Shown piece by piece: positions 22,285-32,934 of a DNA stretch of 64,000 nt (position 1 is its first letter; each line of letters begins with the position of its first letter). Under the pieces are notes generated by a model. That model saw nothing but the letters and a program-made list of their open reading frames with translations, did not search any database and had not been told where the DNA came from. Made by a program: the position numbers and the translations under genes. This DNA is from Candidatus Aminicenantales bacterium (lineage in GTDB: Bacteria; Acidobacteriota; Aminicenantia; Aminicenantales; UBA4085), in contig JBEKTZ010000001.1 in assembly GCA_049515535.1 (NCBI GenBank), positions 268,599 through 332,598 of the forward strand, written 5' to 3'.

Positions 22285-23280
22285 ATGGCGGCCAACCTGA
22301 CCCCCCAATACATGGAAGCGGATAAAAAACTCCGCACGGCCAAAACGCCTCAGGAAAAAATTGAAATTCTCGAGGAAATGCTGTCCCTCATGCCCAAGCA
22401 TAAGGCCACGGAAAAGCTCCAGGCCCAGCTCAAGTCCAAGATCTCCAAGCTCAAAGAAGAGATGGAGAAACAGCCGTCCGTAAAGCACGGGACGAGCTAT
22501 GTCATTCCGAAACAGGGCGCCGGGCAAATCGCCGTCGTCGGTCCGCCGAATAGCGGCAAATCCATGCTCATCAAAGCGCTGACGGGCGCGGAGCCCGAAG
22601 TTGGGGATTATCCTTTCACGACGCGCGCCCCGGCTCCGTATATGATGAAATTCGAGAACGTCCGCGTCCAGCTCGTGGACCAGCCTCCTCTGACGCCCGA
22701 TATCATGGAAAGCTGGCAAATCGAACTCATCAAGGTCGCCGATGCCGCGCTCCTCGTCGTGGACCTCGCGAACGCGGACTCGTCTTCCCTTCTTGAATCG
22801 CTCATCGGCAAGCTCAAAGAAAAAAAAGTCGAGTTCGTGCGGGAAGATTATGTTCCGCCGCCGGAAAGTCCGGGCCCGCCGCCGTTCAAGAAAAAGACGA
22901 TCATCGTCGCCAACAAGAGCGATCTCGACGCGGCGAAAGAAAATCTGGAGACCTTGAAATTTTTCTTCGAAGGCCAACTGACCGTCCTCCCCGTCTCGGC
23001 CGAGGCCGGCGACGGCTTGGAAGATCTGAAAAAAAGGATCTTCGGCTTCCTCCATGTCATCCGCGTCTACAGCAAAGCGCCCGGCAAGAAGCCGGACAAT
23101 AGCGAGCCATTCGTCCTGAAACGGGGAACGACCGTCATCGAGATGGCGCGGGCCGTCCACAAGGACTTCGCCGAGAAGCTGGCCTACGCCCGCCTATGGC
23201 GCGGAAGCGAATTCACGGGACAGATGATCAATCGCGAATTCGTCCTTGAAGACAAGGACGTCTGCGAACTCCATCTTTAA
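22285..23280 (+). CDS. DRG/OBG-family GTPase with C-terminal TGS domain
   Basis: PKHKATEKL, GPPNSGKS, YPFTT, DQP, NKSD, VSA; TGS LHVIRVYSK...VHKDF...LEDKDV. Confidence 0.85.
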   Translation: MAANLTPQYMEADKKLRTAKTPQEKIEILEEMLSLMPKHKATEKLQAQLKSKISKLKEEMEKQPSVKHGTSYVIPKQGAGQIAVVGPPNSGKSMLIKALTGAEPEVGDYPFTTRAPAPYMMKFENVRVQLVDQPPLTPDIMESWQIELIKVADAALLVVDLANADSSSLLESLIGKLKEKKVEFVREDYVPPPESPGPPPFKKKTIIVANKSDLDAAKENLETLKFFFEGQLTVLPVSAEAGDGLEDLKKRIFGFLHVIRVYSKAPGKKPDNSEPFVLKRGTTVIEMARAVHKDFAEKLAYARLWRGSEFTGQMINREFVLEDKDVCELHL

Positions 23281-23304
23281 TATCGAATCGGGTATTGTGT
23301 CTCT

Positions 23305-24855
23305 CTATTTCTTTTCCGGGCGGAAATTCACCGCGTCCTGGGCGCAGATGTCCATGACCGCCATGAAAAAGAGCTGAGCCGTGTCCTCCATGATCTCCGG
23401 GGTGATCAGGTCGATGCTATCCTTCGGAAGGTGGTAGGTCGCGTAAGGCACGGACTTGCCGTACGTGCCGAAGGTCAGGGACGGCACGCCCTTCCAAAAA
23501 AACCGGGCCGAATCCTGGCGCGGCCGGCCGGGGTAGGACGCGGCGCCGCCCGATACCTGCCGGTGAATGTACTTCTGATTGGCCTTTTCGATGAAATCCC
23601 AGAAGGCCGGATATGTTCTCGCTCCACTGGCCGAGATCTTGTCGCCCATGCCGGGCCCTTCCATGTTGATGAAAACGAGCGTTTTTTCCAACGGGAAGAC
23701 GGGATGCTCGCAGTAATAATCCGAGCCGGCCACGCCCTGCTCCTCGCTGCCGAAGAAAATGAACATCACGGACCGTTTCGGCTTGATGGCGCACTTGGCC
23801 ATGGCTTCGGCGACTCCGAGGCCCACGGCGACCGCGGTCGCGTTGTCGTTCGCCCCCGGCATGAGCTCCCAGAGCCGGCCCAAGTGGTCGAGATGCCCGC
23901 CGATGATGATGGCTTCGTCCTTGAGCTTCGGATCCGTTCCGGGAATGACGCCGATGACGTTATATCCGATCCCTTCGGGATGCCGCTCCGCCACGTTCTT
24001 GATCGTCATGATCTTGCCCGTGGCGAAAGACTGGGGCTTGAGATCTTTTTTGATCTTGGCCGTCGTGTCGGCATAGGTCCTGCCGGTCCCGGCGAAGACA
24101 TCGTTGACCACGGCCGGGCCGACATGATGATAGACGAATCCTTCACGATAGGAGTTGTTCGGATTGCCGATCGGGCCGTAATTATAAATCATGCCTTTGG
24201 CCCCGTGGGCGACGGCGTTCTCGAGCTTGTATTGATGGAAGGAATAAGGGCGCCATTTTTTGAAAACATCGGACGTGTCGCCGGCCGCCATCGGGACTTC
24301 GGGATCCATGAGGACGATCTTGCCTTTGACGTCCACGCCCGCATAATCGTCGTAACCCAGCTCGGGCGCGGTCACGCCGTAGCCGACGAAGACGACCTCG
24401 GCCGTGACCTCGCCGCCTGCGGTCGTCCCCCCGGGGATGAATTCCTCCTCGTATCGATAATATTTCTTGATCACGTCGTTTTTCAGGGGAATGTTGAGAG
24501 AGAGAAGTCCGCCTTTAAAAACGAGCGTGTAGGGATTCGGAAAAGCCTGGAGGTAAGTGCCCTTGTCACCCCCGGGTTGGACGCCCCATTGCTTGAGAAG
24601 CGAAATCACCCATTCGGCGCTGGCGTTGAATTCCGGTGTGCCGGTGAGCCGGCCGCCGAATTTCTCGGAGGTGAGCTCTTTGACATAGCCGTAAAGCGTT
24701 TCGCTCGAGATGAGATGCATGGCCTCGAGAAGCTTCTGCTCGTCAGTCAGCGGCGCCGGCGACTGGCCGCGCCGGGCCTGGACCGCAAACGTCGAGACGC
24801 CGGCCGCCAGGAAGACGAACACGAACAGAGCCGCTAAAATTTTCCTGTTTCTCAT
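23305..24855 (-). CDS. M28-family peptidase with PA domain, secreted
   Basis: Signal peptide; GGHLDHLG, GANDNATA, SEEQG, YHLPKD; PA insert VVFVGYG...VDVKGKIVL. Confidence 0.9.
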   Translation of the reverse strand: MRNRKILAALFVFVFLAAGVSTFAVQARRGQSPAPLTDEQKLLEAMHLISSETLYGYVKELTSEKFGGRLTGTPEFNASAEWVISLLKQWGVQPGGDKGTYLQAFPNPYTLVFKGGLLSLNIPLKNDVIKKYYRYEEEFIPGGTTAGGEVTAEVVFVGYGVTAPELGYDDYAGVDVKGKIVLMDPEVPMAAGDTSDVFKKWRPYSFHQYKLENAVAHGAKGMIYNYGPIGNPNNSYREGFVYHHVGPAVVNDVFAGTGRTYADTTAKIKKDLKPQSFATGKIMTIKNVAERHPEGIGYNVIGVIPGTDPKLKDEAIIIGGHLDHLGRLWELMPGANDNATAVAVGLGVAEAMAKCAIKPKRSVMFIFFGSEEQGVAGSDYYCEHPVFPLEKTLVFINMEGPGMGDKISASGARTYPAFWDFIEKANQKYIHRQVSGGAASYPGRPRQDSARFFWKGVPSLTFGTYGKSVPYATYHLPKDSIDLITPEIMEDTAQLFFMAVMDICAQDAVNFRPEKK

Positions 24856-25198
24856 CCTCTCCTCCTTTAAAAGATTTCAGATATTCATTTTTTATTATAA
24901 GCGTGAGGCGAAAGCAAGTCGTAAAAATATGAGAATTATTGATCAGCTGGGCGAAGGGGAAGAAGGCGAAGCGACCATAAGGAAATCTCGCCGCTGTGTT
25001 TCGGTTTTTTCGGGAAGCCGCGTTTTGCGGCCGGCGAGAACACCCGAGCGTAATTCCTCGGGTGAGAACATCCTCGAGATGACAGCAAGAATCCTGTTGA
25101 TCGAAAGAGAAATTCGTGCGAGCTACTCGCCGCCGAAAAAACCGAACGATGCAGGCGTTAAGATTTCCGCCAGGGAGCGAGCTTCTTCCCCGAGCCCT

Positions 25199-26041
25199 CT
25201 AAATGCGGACGGCGATGCCGGCGCGGAGGATAAAACCGTCCAAGATCCCGCCGTCGATAATGACGTGGATATTGTCCGTGATCTTGGCCTTGAGACCGAT
25301 GTTGAGTTGGACGAACGGGATGAACCAGAACGGGATATCCGAACTCTTCCCTTCCTGCAGGGCCTTATCGTCCGCTTCCTTGCGAACGTCTTTGAGCGTC
25401 TTCGTTCCGGAGTCCGTGTCGTGTTCCGTCGTTCCGTCGGGATTGTGCAAGTCGCCTTGGACGGAATACGTCAACGTCCCATCGTCCAGATAGCTTCCGG
25501 GAGAGATGCCCAGGCCGAACGTGATGAAGGGATGGATTCTGGCGCTCGGCAGGATATCCCAACGGAAACTGAAATGGAACGACAGAGGAGCAATTTTGAA
25601 TTCGCCCGATCCCTGTCCGTTGAAACCGGCGGACTTGACGATCCCGTTGTCCGTGTAATGGACGGACAAGTCGGCCGTGCCGTTAATACTGACCCACATG
25701 GATGTCTTTTCGACGGCGAGACCAAGGCTGAAAGAACCGTCCTGGCCCGCGGGATACCAGCGGAATTCAAATCCGAAATTGTGCCCGCCGGAATCGAAAC
25801 TCGCGGACGAATTGGCGCGATCCTCGATCACGTCCGGATGCTCGTTTTTGATGCTGTCGACCATCTGGTCCTTCAGGACGCTGGAAGCGGCCGAATCGAT
25901 CACCCCTTTGAGAAGATTCAGCCCCCATGAGCCGTAATGAAAGCTGAACTCAAAATTCCCTTGGGCCGAAAGCGTCGGACTCGTCAGGAGCAGAACCGCC
26001 GACACGAAAGACGCGACGAAAAGAAACCGCGTTTTCTTCAT
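25199..26041 (-). CDS. Putative outer-membrane beta-barrel protein
   Basis: Signal peptide, amphipathic beta strands, C-terminal RAGIAVRI. Confidence 0.6.
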   Translation of the reverse strand: MKKTRFLFVASFVSAVLLLTSPTLSAQGNFEFSFHYGSWGLNLLKGVIDSAASSVLKDQMVDSIKNEHPDVIEDRANSSASFDSGGHNFGFEFRWYPAGQDGSFSLGLAVEKTSMWVSINGTADLSVHYTDNGIVKSAGFNGQGSGEFKIAPLSFHFSFRWDILPSARIHPFITFGLGISPGSYLDDGTLTYSVQGDLHNPDGTTEHDTDSGTKTLKDVRKEADDKALQEGKSSDIPFWFIPFVQLNIGLKAKITDNIHVIIDGGILDGFILRAGIAVRI

Positions 26042-26161
26042 GGGACCCTCCTTTATCTAGAGGCAAATCCTTGCTTGATTTTATCTATACCACCGCACCG
26101 TTCGACCGTCAACTCCTTGAAGCCGTGAAGGCGGCCCTCTTCCATGCGCTGATTTGATACG

Positions 26162-26257
26162 TTCGACGGCGCCAAACCCCGATTTTTAAATCGGGGTAAA
26201 AAGCGCCGCTCAGTATTAACCCTGAGCATACCCCGGGCTTCAGCCCGGGGAGTCGAA
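26162..26257. repeat. Multi-hairpin palindromic intergenic element
   Basis: ttcgac/gtcgaa outer stem enclosing accccgattt/aaatcggggt, gctcag/ctgagc and ccccgggct/agcccgggg hairpins. Confidence 0.7.
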
Positions 26258-26330
26258 TGGGTTGATTTGCCCGCGGGATTCTGCTATCTTCTTTCCGTCA
26301 AGCCGCGAGCGATTGAAAAAGGAGGCTCCG

Positions 26331-26888
26331 ATGCTTCGCACGATTATCCCGGCGGTGCTGATGGCAACCGCCGTTTGCGGGTTCGCCCTTTTCGCCGCCC
26401 CGACGAACCCCGTCATCGTCCTGACGACGAGCAAGGGGGACATCACGATCGAGCTGGATCAGGCCAAGGCCCCGATCTCCGCGAAAAACTTCCTCGCCTA
26501 CGTGGACGCGCAATTCTATGACGAGACGATCTTCCATCGCGTCATACCGGGATTCATGATTCAGGGCGGGGGGCTCACGGCGGATTTCAAGGAGAAAATA
26601 GCCAAAGCGCCGATCAAGAACGAGGCGGCCAACGGCCTCAAAAACCTGCGCGGGACGATCGCCATGGCCCGGGGCGGCGCCTTTGACAGCGCGACCTGCC
26701 AGTTTTACATCAACCACGCGGACAACCCCAGACTGGACACTCAATATGCCGTCTTCGGCAAAGTCCTCAGAGGCATGGAGGTCGTGGACGCCATAGCCGC
26801 CGCGCCGACCGGAACGATCAAGGGCTACGAAAACGCCCCGCGGCAGACGATCACGATCGTGTCCGTCCGCCGCGCCGATAACAAATAG
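26331..26888 (+). CDS. ppiA: Cyclophilin-type peptidyl-prolyl isomerase, exported
   Basis: FHRVIPGFMIQGGG, NLRGTIAMAR, YAVFGKV; GGAGG RBS, signal peptide. Confidence 0.93.
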   Translation: MLRTIIPAVLMATAVCGFALFAAPTNPVIVLTTSKGDITIELDQAKAPISAKNFLAYVDAQFYDETIFHRVIPGFMIQGGGLTADFKEKIAKAPIKNEAANGLKNLRGTIAMARGGAFDSATCQFYINHADNPRLDTQYAVFGKVLRGMEVVDAIAAAPTGTIKGYENAPRQTITIVSVRRADNK

Positions 26889-26904
26889 GCGTTCCCATCA
26901 GGCC

Positions 26905-27150
26905 TTGACCCACGACAACGCAAAAAGATCGAAGCTCGGCGACACGCTGTTCGCCATCGTCCATCTTCTGGCTCTCGTCGGCCTGGTCATTTATGCCCTC
27001 GCGGCCCTCGTCCAGGGCAATACCCTGCGCTTCGCGGTCATCATCGGCGGTCTGGCCTTTTATTATGTCCTCGTCCTCCACAAACCCGTGCGCCGGGAGA
27101 TCGACCGCAAACGGAAACTGAAATCCGGAGGTCCCTCCCGCCGGCCGTGA
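26905..27150 (+). CDS. Small two-TM membrane protein
   Basis: Two hydrophobic segments; fills gap in co-oriented run. Confidence 0.5.
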   Translation: MTHDNAKRSKLGDTLFAIVHLLALVGLVIYALAALVQGNTLRFAVIIGGLAFYYVLVLHKPVRREIDRKRKLKSGGPSRRP

Positions 27151-27201
27151 CATCGGATTGAAACGAATCCGGGCGCGGCCGCGTTGACATCGTCGAATGC
27201 C

Positions 27202-28467
27202 ATGACTCTTATCAGAAGAAGAATCGCGATCCTGGCCGCGACCGCCGTCGTCCTGGCGGTCATTGCGGCCGTTCTCATGACCGGCAAAAAACGGCCGGAA
27301 ACGCCGGCTCCAAAACCGGCGCCGGCGCTCGCCGAAGCCGGGCCTCCGGCGCCGACGGTGTACGAGGAAACCATTCGCAAGGGCCAAACGCTCTCCGATA
27401 TATTGGCCGGCTATCATTTTTCAGCCGAAGAGATCCAGCGGCTCATTCGACAAATCCGACCCGTTTTCAGGCCGGACAGGATCATCGCCGGCCGCCGGAT
27501 GCGACTGACCATGGATGCCGACCTTATCGTCCGGTCCATCGAGTATCCCCTGGACGAGAAATATTTCCTTGTCGTCACGCGGGACGGATCCGATTTCAAG
27601 GCCGAAAAGAAAGATTACGTTTTCGCCACGGCCGTCCTCTATATCGACGGCATGATCGAGGACAATCCGATCAACGCCTTTCTTCAAAGAGGCGAAAAAG
27701 AAGCGCTGGCCATCCGCATGACCGACCTCTTCGCCTGGGACATCGACTTCTACACCGATCTCCGCCGCGGCGACGTCTTCCGGATGGTCTATGAGAAAAA
27801 ATACCTCGACGGAAAATTCTACGGTTACGGAGAAATCCTGACCGCGGAATTCGTCTGCCGGGGAAAGACATTCCAGGCTTTCCGCTTCGAATATCCGGAC
27901 CAGGCCAAACCCGGAATCAAGAAAGCCGATTATTTTGACCGGGAAGGAAAGTCCCTCCGCAAGGAATTCCTCCGCTCCCCCCTTCCCTACGGCGCTCCGA
28001 TCACCTCGCGGTTCAGCTACAACCGCTTTCATCCGATCCTCAAGATCTACACGGCCCATTTAGGCGTGGATTACGGAGCTCCCGTCGGAATGCCGGTGCA
28101 CGCCACCGCCGACGGAACCGTCATCTCGGCCGGCTCGAACGGCGCCGCCGGCAACATGGTCCATCTCCGTCACCGGAACAGCTATGAAACGATGTATCTC
28201 CACCTCAGCGGGATGTTCGTCAAGGCGGGCCAGAAAGTGTCGGGAGGACAGGTCATCGGGACGGTCGGCAATTCGGGCGAATCGACCGGGCCTCACCTGG
28301 ATTACAGGGTCAAACAAGGAGGGACATTCATCAACCCCCTCTCCTGGAAATTTCTGCCCGTCGAGCCGCTCCGTCCGGAATTCAAAGAGGCGTTCAAGAA
28401 GGACGTGGAGATCTGCGATCGCTTGCTTGACGCGCCGCTGATGTTGCGCGAAGCCTTTCTGCGCTGA
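27202..28467 (+). CDS. M23 peptidoglycan DD-endopeptidase (MepM-like)
   Basis: [35 protein letters not shown] domain. Confidence 0.92.
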   Translation: MTLIRRRIAILAATAVVLAVIAAVLMTGKKRPETPAPKPAPALAEAGPPAPTVYEETIRKGQTLSDILAGYHFSAEEIQRLIRQIRPVFRPDRIIAGRRMRLTMDADLIVRSIEYPLDEKYFLVVTRDGSDFKAEKKDYVFATAVLYIDGMIEDNPINAFLQRGEKEALAIRMTDLFAWDIDFYTDLRRGDVFRMVYEKKYLDGKFYGYGEILTAEFVCRGKTFQAFRFEYPDQAKPGIKKADYFDREGKSLRKEFLRSPLPYGAPITSRFSYNRFHPILKIYTAHLGVDYGAPVGMPVHATADGTVISAGSNGAAGNMVHLRHRNSYETMYLHLSGMFVKAGQKVSGGQVIGTVGNSGESTGPHLDYRVKQGGTFINPLSWKFLPVEPLRPEFKEAFKKDVEICDRLLDAPLMLREAFLR

Positions 28468-28573
28468 AAAATTCGACCGGCGAGCGATCCGCCCGAACTC
28501 GTGTCCATCCGCCCCGAATCGATCGCGCCGTTTTTCGCTGTGTCAAAGGACCCGTTTTTTTGCTAGAATAGAT

Positions 28574-29062
28574 ATGCCCATGGCTCGAAAGAAACCATCC
28601 CGGACTTTCAGGAATCCCGTTCCGACCGTGGATATCATCATCGAAATCAAGGACAAACGAGGAAAACCGGGGATCATCCTCATCGAAAGGAAAAATCCTC
28701 CTCGCGGCTGGGCGCTCCCCGGAGGCTTCGTGGATTACGGCGAGACTCTCGAATCGGCCGCCGCGCGCGAGGCCGAAGAGGAGACATCACTCAAAGTCGA
28801 CCTCAAATATCAGCTTCATACGTACTCCGATCCAGGCCGCGACCCTCGCCTTCACACGATATCCACGATTTTCGTCGCCGCGGCGAAAGGAACGCCGAAA
28901 GCGCAGGACGACGCCAGGGACATAGGCATCTTCCAGCCCAAGGACATCCCTTTTCCCTTGGCCTTCGACCACAACAAGATCCTGGACGATTATGTCCGGC
29001 TTAAAAAAAAGAAAAAAATCGAGGCGGGAAAAACCGCGCGGAAACCGAGAGAACCATCATGA
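28574..29062 (+). CDS. NUDIX hydrolase
   Basis: [23 protein letters not shown]udix box, SDPGRDPR. Confidence 0.92.
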   Translation: MPMARKKPSRTFRNPVPTVDIIIEIKDKRGKPGIILIERKNPPRGWALPGGFVDYGETLESAAAREAEEETSLKVDLKYQLHTYSDPGRDPRLHTISTIFVAAAKGTPKAQDDARDIGIFQPKDIPFPLAFDHNKILDDYVRLKKKKKIEAGKTARKPREPS

Positions 29063-29313
29063 TCGACGAAGAAGCAAAACCCAAGAGTGAATCCCTGAAT
29101 ATGGACCTCAAGGAATTGACCCGCGTCTGGGGCCCGGTCGAAGCCGAGGTCATTAAAAATTTTCTCGAAAGTGAAGGTATCCCCTGTTTTTTCAAGGGTC
29201 TGATGCTTCAAACGCTCTATCCGTTCTCAGCCGACGGTCTGGGGGAGGTCAGAATATATGTCCCCGAAAAAGACTATGAAACGGCGAAATCCCTCATCGA
29301 AAAGCGCGAGTGA
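29059..29313 (+). CDS. DUF2007-like small protein
   Basis: [15 protein letters not shown]...[17 protein letters not shown] pattern. Confidence 0.75.
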   Translation: MIDEEAKPKSESLNMDLKELTRVWGPVEAEVIKNFLESEGIPCFFKGLMLQTLYPFSADGLGEVRIYVPEKDYETAKSLIEKRE

Positions 29314-29447
29314 AAATCCCAATTTTTCTTCAAATCCGCGTCTGAAGAGCCGTCAGCTCTGAATCTCCGCCCATAAAGTGATTCCTTTCAATGATTTTCC
29401 CATGATCTCGACATAGAAAAGTATTTCCGTTTTTCAGCTATTTTTGC

Positions 29448-29511
29448 TTGACTTCCCTGCCTTTTTCCATTATATTTTAAGCAAAATGGGATAAAAAGGG
29501 ACGAAATGGGA
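29448..29511 (+). promoter_or_regulatory. dcw promoter with three MraZ-type direct repeats
   Basis: TTGACT(29448)-17-TATATT(29471); TGGGA/AGGGA/TGGGA at 29487, 29497, 29507. Confidence 0.75.
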
Positions 29512-29973
29512 AGTTTATTGATAGGAAGTTACAAAGCAAAGCTCGACAACGGCGGGAGAATCAAGATTCCCGAAAAGTTCCGGGCCGCTATTGAGGAGCA
29601 GTCCGGAAAAGGGCTTTTCATAACCTCGCTGGAGGACGACTTCGTCCAAATCTTTCCCTTGCCCGTCTGGGAAAACATGATGAAGACTCCCGAAAACGGA
29701 ACTCGCTACCCCGATCCCGACGTTCAGGAATTCAATCGAAAAGCCAATCTATCGGGCAATCACGGTGAGATCGATTCGAAAGGCCGCATCCTCATCAACC
29801 AGGCGCTCCGCGAAAAAGCCGGCCTCCAAAACGAAGTCCAAGTCATCGGGGCCAATAATTACCTCGAAATCTGGGACTGCGGCCGCCTCGCCGAGAAAAT
29901 GGCCAAAAAACCGCTCACCTACGAGGACTTCAAGAATTATGCCAAGCTCATATCGAACAGGAAGCCGGAATGA
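29506..29973 (+). CDS. mraZ: Transcriptional regulator MraZ
   Basis: LDNGGRIKIP and IDSKGRILI repeats; first gene of dcw cluster. Confidence 0.9.
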   Translation: MGSLLIGSYKAKLDNGGRIKIPEKFRAAIEEQSGKGLFITSLEDDFVQIFPLPVWENMMKTPENGTRYPDPDVQEFNRKANLSGNHGEIDSKGRILINQALREKAGLQNEVQVIGANNYLEIWDCGRLAEKMAKKPLTYEDFKNYAKLISNRKPE

Positions 29974-30890
29974 GCGAAAGAGAACACATCCCCGTGTTGC
30001 TCGAAGAGGCCCTCTCCTACCTGGACATCCGGAGAGAGGGCACCTATATCGACGGCACGCTCGGGATGGCGGGCCACGCGACCGAAATTCTCAAGAGGAA
30101 TCCGCGAGCCCGGCTCATCGGCCTGGATCTCGACGAAACTTCGATCCTCAAGGCCCGGGAATATCTTCGCCCTTATGCCGATCGCGTCGATCTTTATCAC
30201 GCCGATTTCCGGTATCTCCCTGATCTCGACATCGACTTTTCGACGATCCGGGGAATTTTGCTCGACCTCGGAATGTCGTCCTTTCAGCTCGACGCCCCCG
30301 GCCGGGGATTCAGCCATACCCTGGAAGGGCCGCTGGACATGAGAATGGATTTCCGGAACAAAATGACGGCAGCCAAGATCCTCGACAAATACTCCGAATC
30401 CAAGCTGGCCAAGATCTTCCGGGAGTTCGGCGAGCTCAAACAGGCCAATAAGCTCGCCCGGAAGATCGCTACGATCCGGCGGACGCAGAAGATCGAGAGC
30501 ACGACCCAATTGCGGGCGATCGTCGAAGAGGTCTGCCATTGGATCCCCCAGAAAGGAAAAGTCCACCCCGCGGCCAAGGTCTTTCAAGCCCTGCGGATCG
30601 AAATCAATCAGGAACTCGATAGGCTCGGCGAATTCCTGGAACGGGCCGTCCGACTTCTTCCTCCCGGGGGGCGGCTCGCGGTCATCTCGTTCCACTCCCT
30701 CGAGGACCGCATCGTCAAACACACTTTGGCCCGCCTGGCGCACCCGGAAAACGGGGACAGCCTCATCGATATCCTGATGAAAAAGCCCGTCGCGGCGACG
30801 GAGGAGGAGATCGCCCGCAACCCCCGGGCGCGCTCGGCCAAATTGCGGGCGGCCGAAAAGAAATCCTATGGTCCGAAAAAAATTCAATAG
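29970..30890 (+). CDS. rsmH: 16S rRNA m4C1402 methyltransferase
   Basis: HIPVLLEE, DLGMSSFQLD, FQALRIEIN, SFHSLEDR, NPRARSAKLR. Confidence 0.97.
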   Translation: MSEREHIPVLLEEALSYLDIRREGTYIDGTLGMAGHATEILKRNPRARLIGLDLDETSILKAREYLRPYADRVDLYHADFRYLPDLDIDFSTIRGILLDLGMSSFQLDAPGRGFSHTLEGPLDMRMDFRNKMTAAKILDKYSESKLAKIFREFGELKQANKLARKIATIRRTQKIESTTQLRAIVEEVCHWIPQKGKVHPAAKVFQALRIEINQELDRLGEFLERAVRLLPPGGRLAVISFHSLEDRIVKHTLARLAHPENGDSLIDILMKKPVAATEEEIARNPRARSAKLRAAEKKSYGPKKIQ

Positions 30891-31155
30891 AAAAGAGATC
30901 GCTTTCGGGGTCCTGGCCAGCCTCATGACGATCCTGACCCTGACGTTCTACCTCTGGCACATCACAGAAAACGTCCAGCTCGGATATGACATCAGCCGCG
31001 GCGAGAGCCAGGTGAAGACCCTCCAGGAGGACATCAAGAAATTAGAGACGAAAAAGTCCGCGCTCCGCGCCCTTTCGCGTATCGAAAAAAAAGCCAGAGA
31101 AGAGCTGAAGCTGGCCGATGTTCGCGAAGACCAGATCATCTATGCGGATCACTAA
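30868..31155 (+). CDS. ftsL: Cell division protein FtsL
   Basis: Single TM plus coiled coil, RIEKKAREELKL; between rsmH and ftsI. Confidence 0.8.
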   Translation: MVRKKFNRKEIAFGVLASLMTILTLTFYLWHITENVQLGYDISRGESQVKTLQEDIKKLETKKSALRALSRIEKKAREELKLADVREDQIIYADH

Positions 31156-31170
31156 TCCACGGCTGACGAC

Positions 31171-32934
31171 ATGAACATCGCCAATATGCATTTCCAGAAA
31201 AAGGTCCGGAAAAGGACCAGGATCCTCGTCCTCGTCTTTGCCGTTTGGGCCTGCGGGATCTTCCTTCGCCTCTTCCAGCTCCAGGTCTTGAATCATGCTC
31301 GTTTGAGCGCCCAGGTCATCGCCCAGAACCAGGGCGAGATCGACATCTACCCGAGACGCGGCACGATCTTCGATAGGAAAGGCGAAATCCTGGCTCAAAG
31401 CGTTCCCACTCAGACCGTCTATTACGCGCCATCGCCCGGCGAGCCTTTGGAACTCCAGATGAAGCCGGTCCTTGCCCTCGAATCTCTCCTCGAGCTCGGC
31501 CCCAAGGATATCGAAAGGGTCAAAACCGCCCTTCAAAACGGATCGAATCACATCCCGGTCAAGAAAAAACTCGAAGTCGAGGCGGCCGAGAAGGTCATGA
31601 GCCTCAAACTGAACGGAATTTATACCCGGGAAGAAACGAGTCGCTTCTATCCGCAGGGTTCCCTGGCCGCCCATGTCCTGGGCGGCGTCGGGGCCGAACA
31701 CAAAGGTCAAAGCGGCCTGGAGTACCTCTATGATTACGTCCTCAGCGGGAAAAAAGGCCGGCAGATCATCCTCCGGGATTCGCGCCGGAGAGAGTACCAC
31801 TTCGAAACGCTCGAGGAATCCCAGGAAGGCGGCGATATCGTTCTCACCCTCGACAAAACCATCCAGTATATCGCCGAACAAGCCCTCGACAAGGCCGTTC
31901 GCGAGCACGACGCCAATTGGGGGACGGTGATCGTCGCCAACCCCGGGTCGGGCGAGATCCTGGCCATGGCCAGCCGTCCGACGTTCGACCCGAACAACTA
32001 TCCTCCGGAATCGGCGGAGGCCGAAATCAATCGGGCCATCCGTCATCTCTTCGATCCCGGCTCCATGTTCAAGATCGTGACAGCTTCAGCAGCGCTCGAA
32101 AACCATCGGGCGGCCATGACCGATACCTTCGATTGCCGCAAAGGCGCGATCGAGACCGCCGGCACGCCCATCCGCGACCACAAGAATTTCGGCGTTCTCG
32201 CTTTTCCCGACGTTTTCAGCAATTCGTCCAACGTCGGGACCGTTCAGATCGGCCGGCGCGTCGGACAGGAATTCCTCTACCAAACCATCAAGCTCTTCCG
32301 CTTCGGCTCCAAAACCGGCATCGAGCTGCCCGCCGAGGCCGCCGGCAAAGTCCATCCGCTCAAGGAATGGACGCGCCGATCGCTGGATTCCGTATCCATC
32401 GGATATGAGATCTCGGTGACGGCGCTCCAAGTCCTTCAGGCGATGAACGTCATCGCCACCCGGGGGAGCTATGTTCCTCCGCGGCTCATCAAGGGCGTCC
32501 TGGGCTCTCCGGAGCCGGCCAAAAAGAGAGGCCCCGAGTCCGAGCAGGTCATTTCCGGGAACACGGCCGGGCAGGTCGTATCCATTCTGGAAAAAGCCGT
32601 CCTCGAAGGGACCGGCAAGGAAGCCCAGGCCAAAGGCTATACCGTGGCCGGGAAGACGGGAACGACCCAAAAATACGACCCGGAGATCCAGGCCTTTTCG
32701 ACGTCGAAGCACATCGCTTCGTTCGCGGGATTTGTCCCCGTCGAAAATCCGATCCTGTCCATTATCGTGGTCCTGGACGAGCCGAAGACGGACGAATATT
32801 ACGGCGGCCAGGTCGCGGCCCCCGTGTTCCGCGAGATCGCGCAGCGCGTCCTGCTCTATCTGAACGTTTTTCCTCAATCCGGGCCCGTCCGGACCATCAT
32901 CGCGGCCAACCGCGGGGGAGACGGCGAACGATGA
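31171..32934 (+). CDS. ftsI: Class B penicillin-binding protein FtsI
   Basis: RGTIFDRKG, RFYPQG, SMFK, SSN, KTGT. Confidence 0.93.
   Translation: MNIANMHFQKKVRKRTRILVLVFAVWACGIFLRLFQLQVLNHARLSAQVIAQNQGEIDIYPRRGTIFDRKGEILAQSVPTQTVYYAPSPGEPLELQMKPVLALESLLELGPKDIERVKTALQNGSNHIPVKKKLEVEAAEKVMSLKLNGIYTREETSRFYPQGSLAAHVLGGVGAEHKGQSGLEYLYDYVLSGKKGRQIILRDSRRREYHFETLEESQEGGDIVLTLDKTIQYIAEQALDKAVREHDANWGTVIVANPGSGEILAMASRPTFDPNNYPPESAEAEINRAIRHLFDPGSMFKIVTASAALENHRAAMTDTFDCRKGAIETAGTPIRDHKNFGVLAFPDVFSNSSNVGTVQIGRRVGQEFLYQTIKLFRFGSKTGIELPAEAAGKVHPLKEWTRRSLDSVSIGYEISVTALQVLQAMNVIATRGSYVPPRLIKGVLGSPEPAKKRGPESEQVISGNTAGQVVSILEKAVLEGTGKEAQAKGYTVAGKTGTTQKYDPEIQAFSTSKHIASFAGFVPVENPILSIIVVLDEPKTDEYYGGQVAAPVFREIAQRVLLYLNVFPQSGPVRTIIAANRGGDGER

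Noticed and set aside
24710..25930. 406-aa plus-strand ORF
   Set aside because: Antisense to the M28 peptidase start and the beta-barrel gene; no recognisable motifs
26162..26257. tRNA gene
   Set aside because: Cloverleaf-like but lacks T-loop/D-loop consensus, a 7-nt anticodon loop and acceptor geometry
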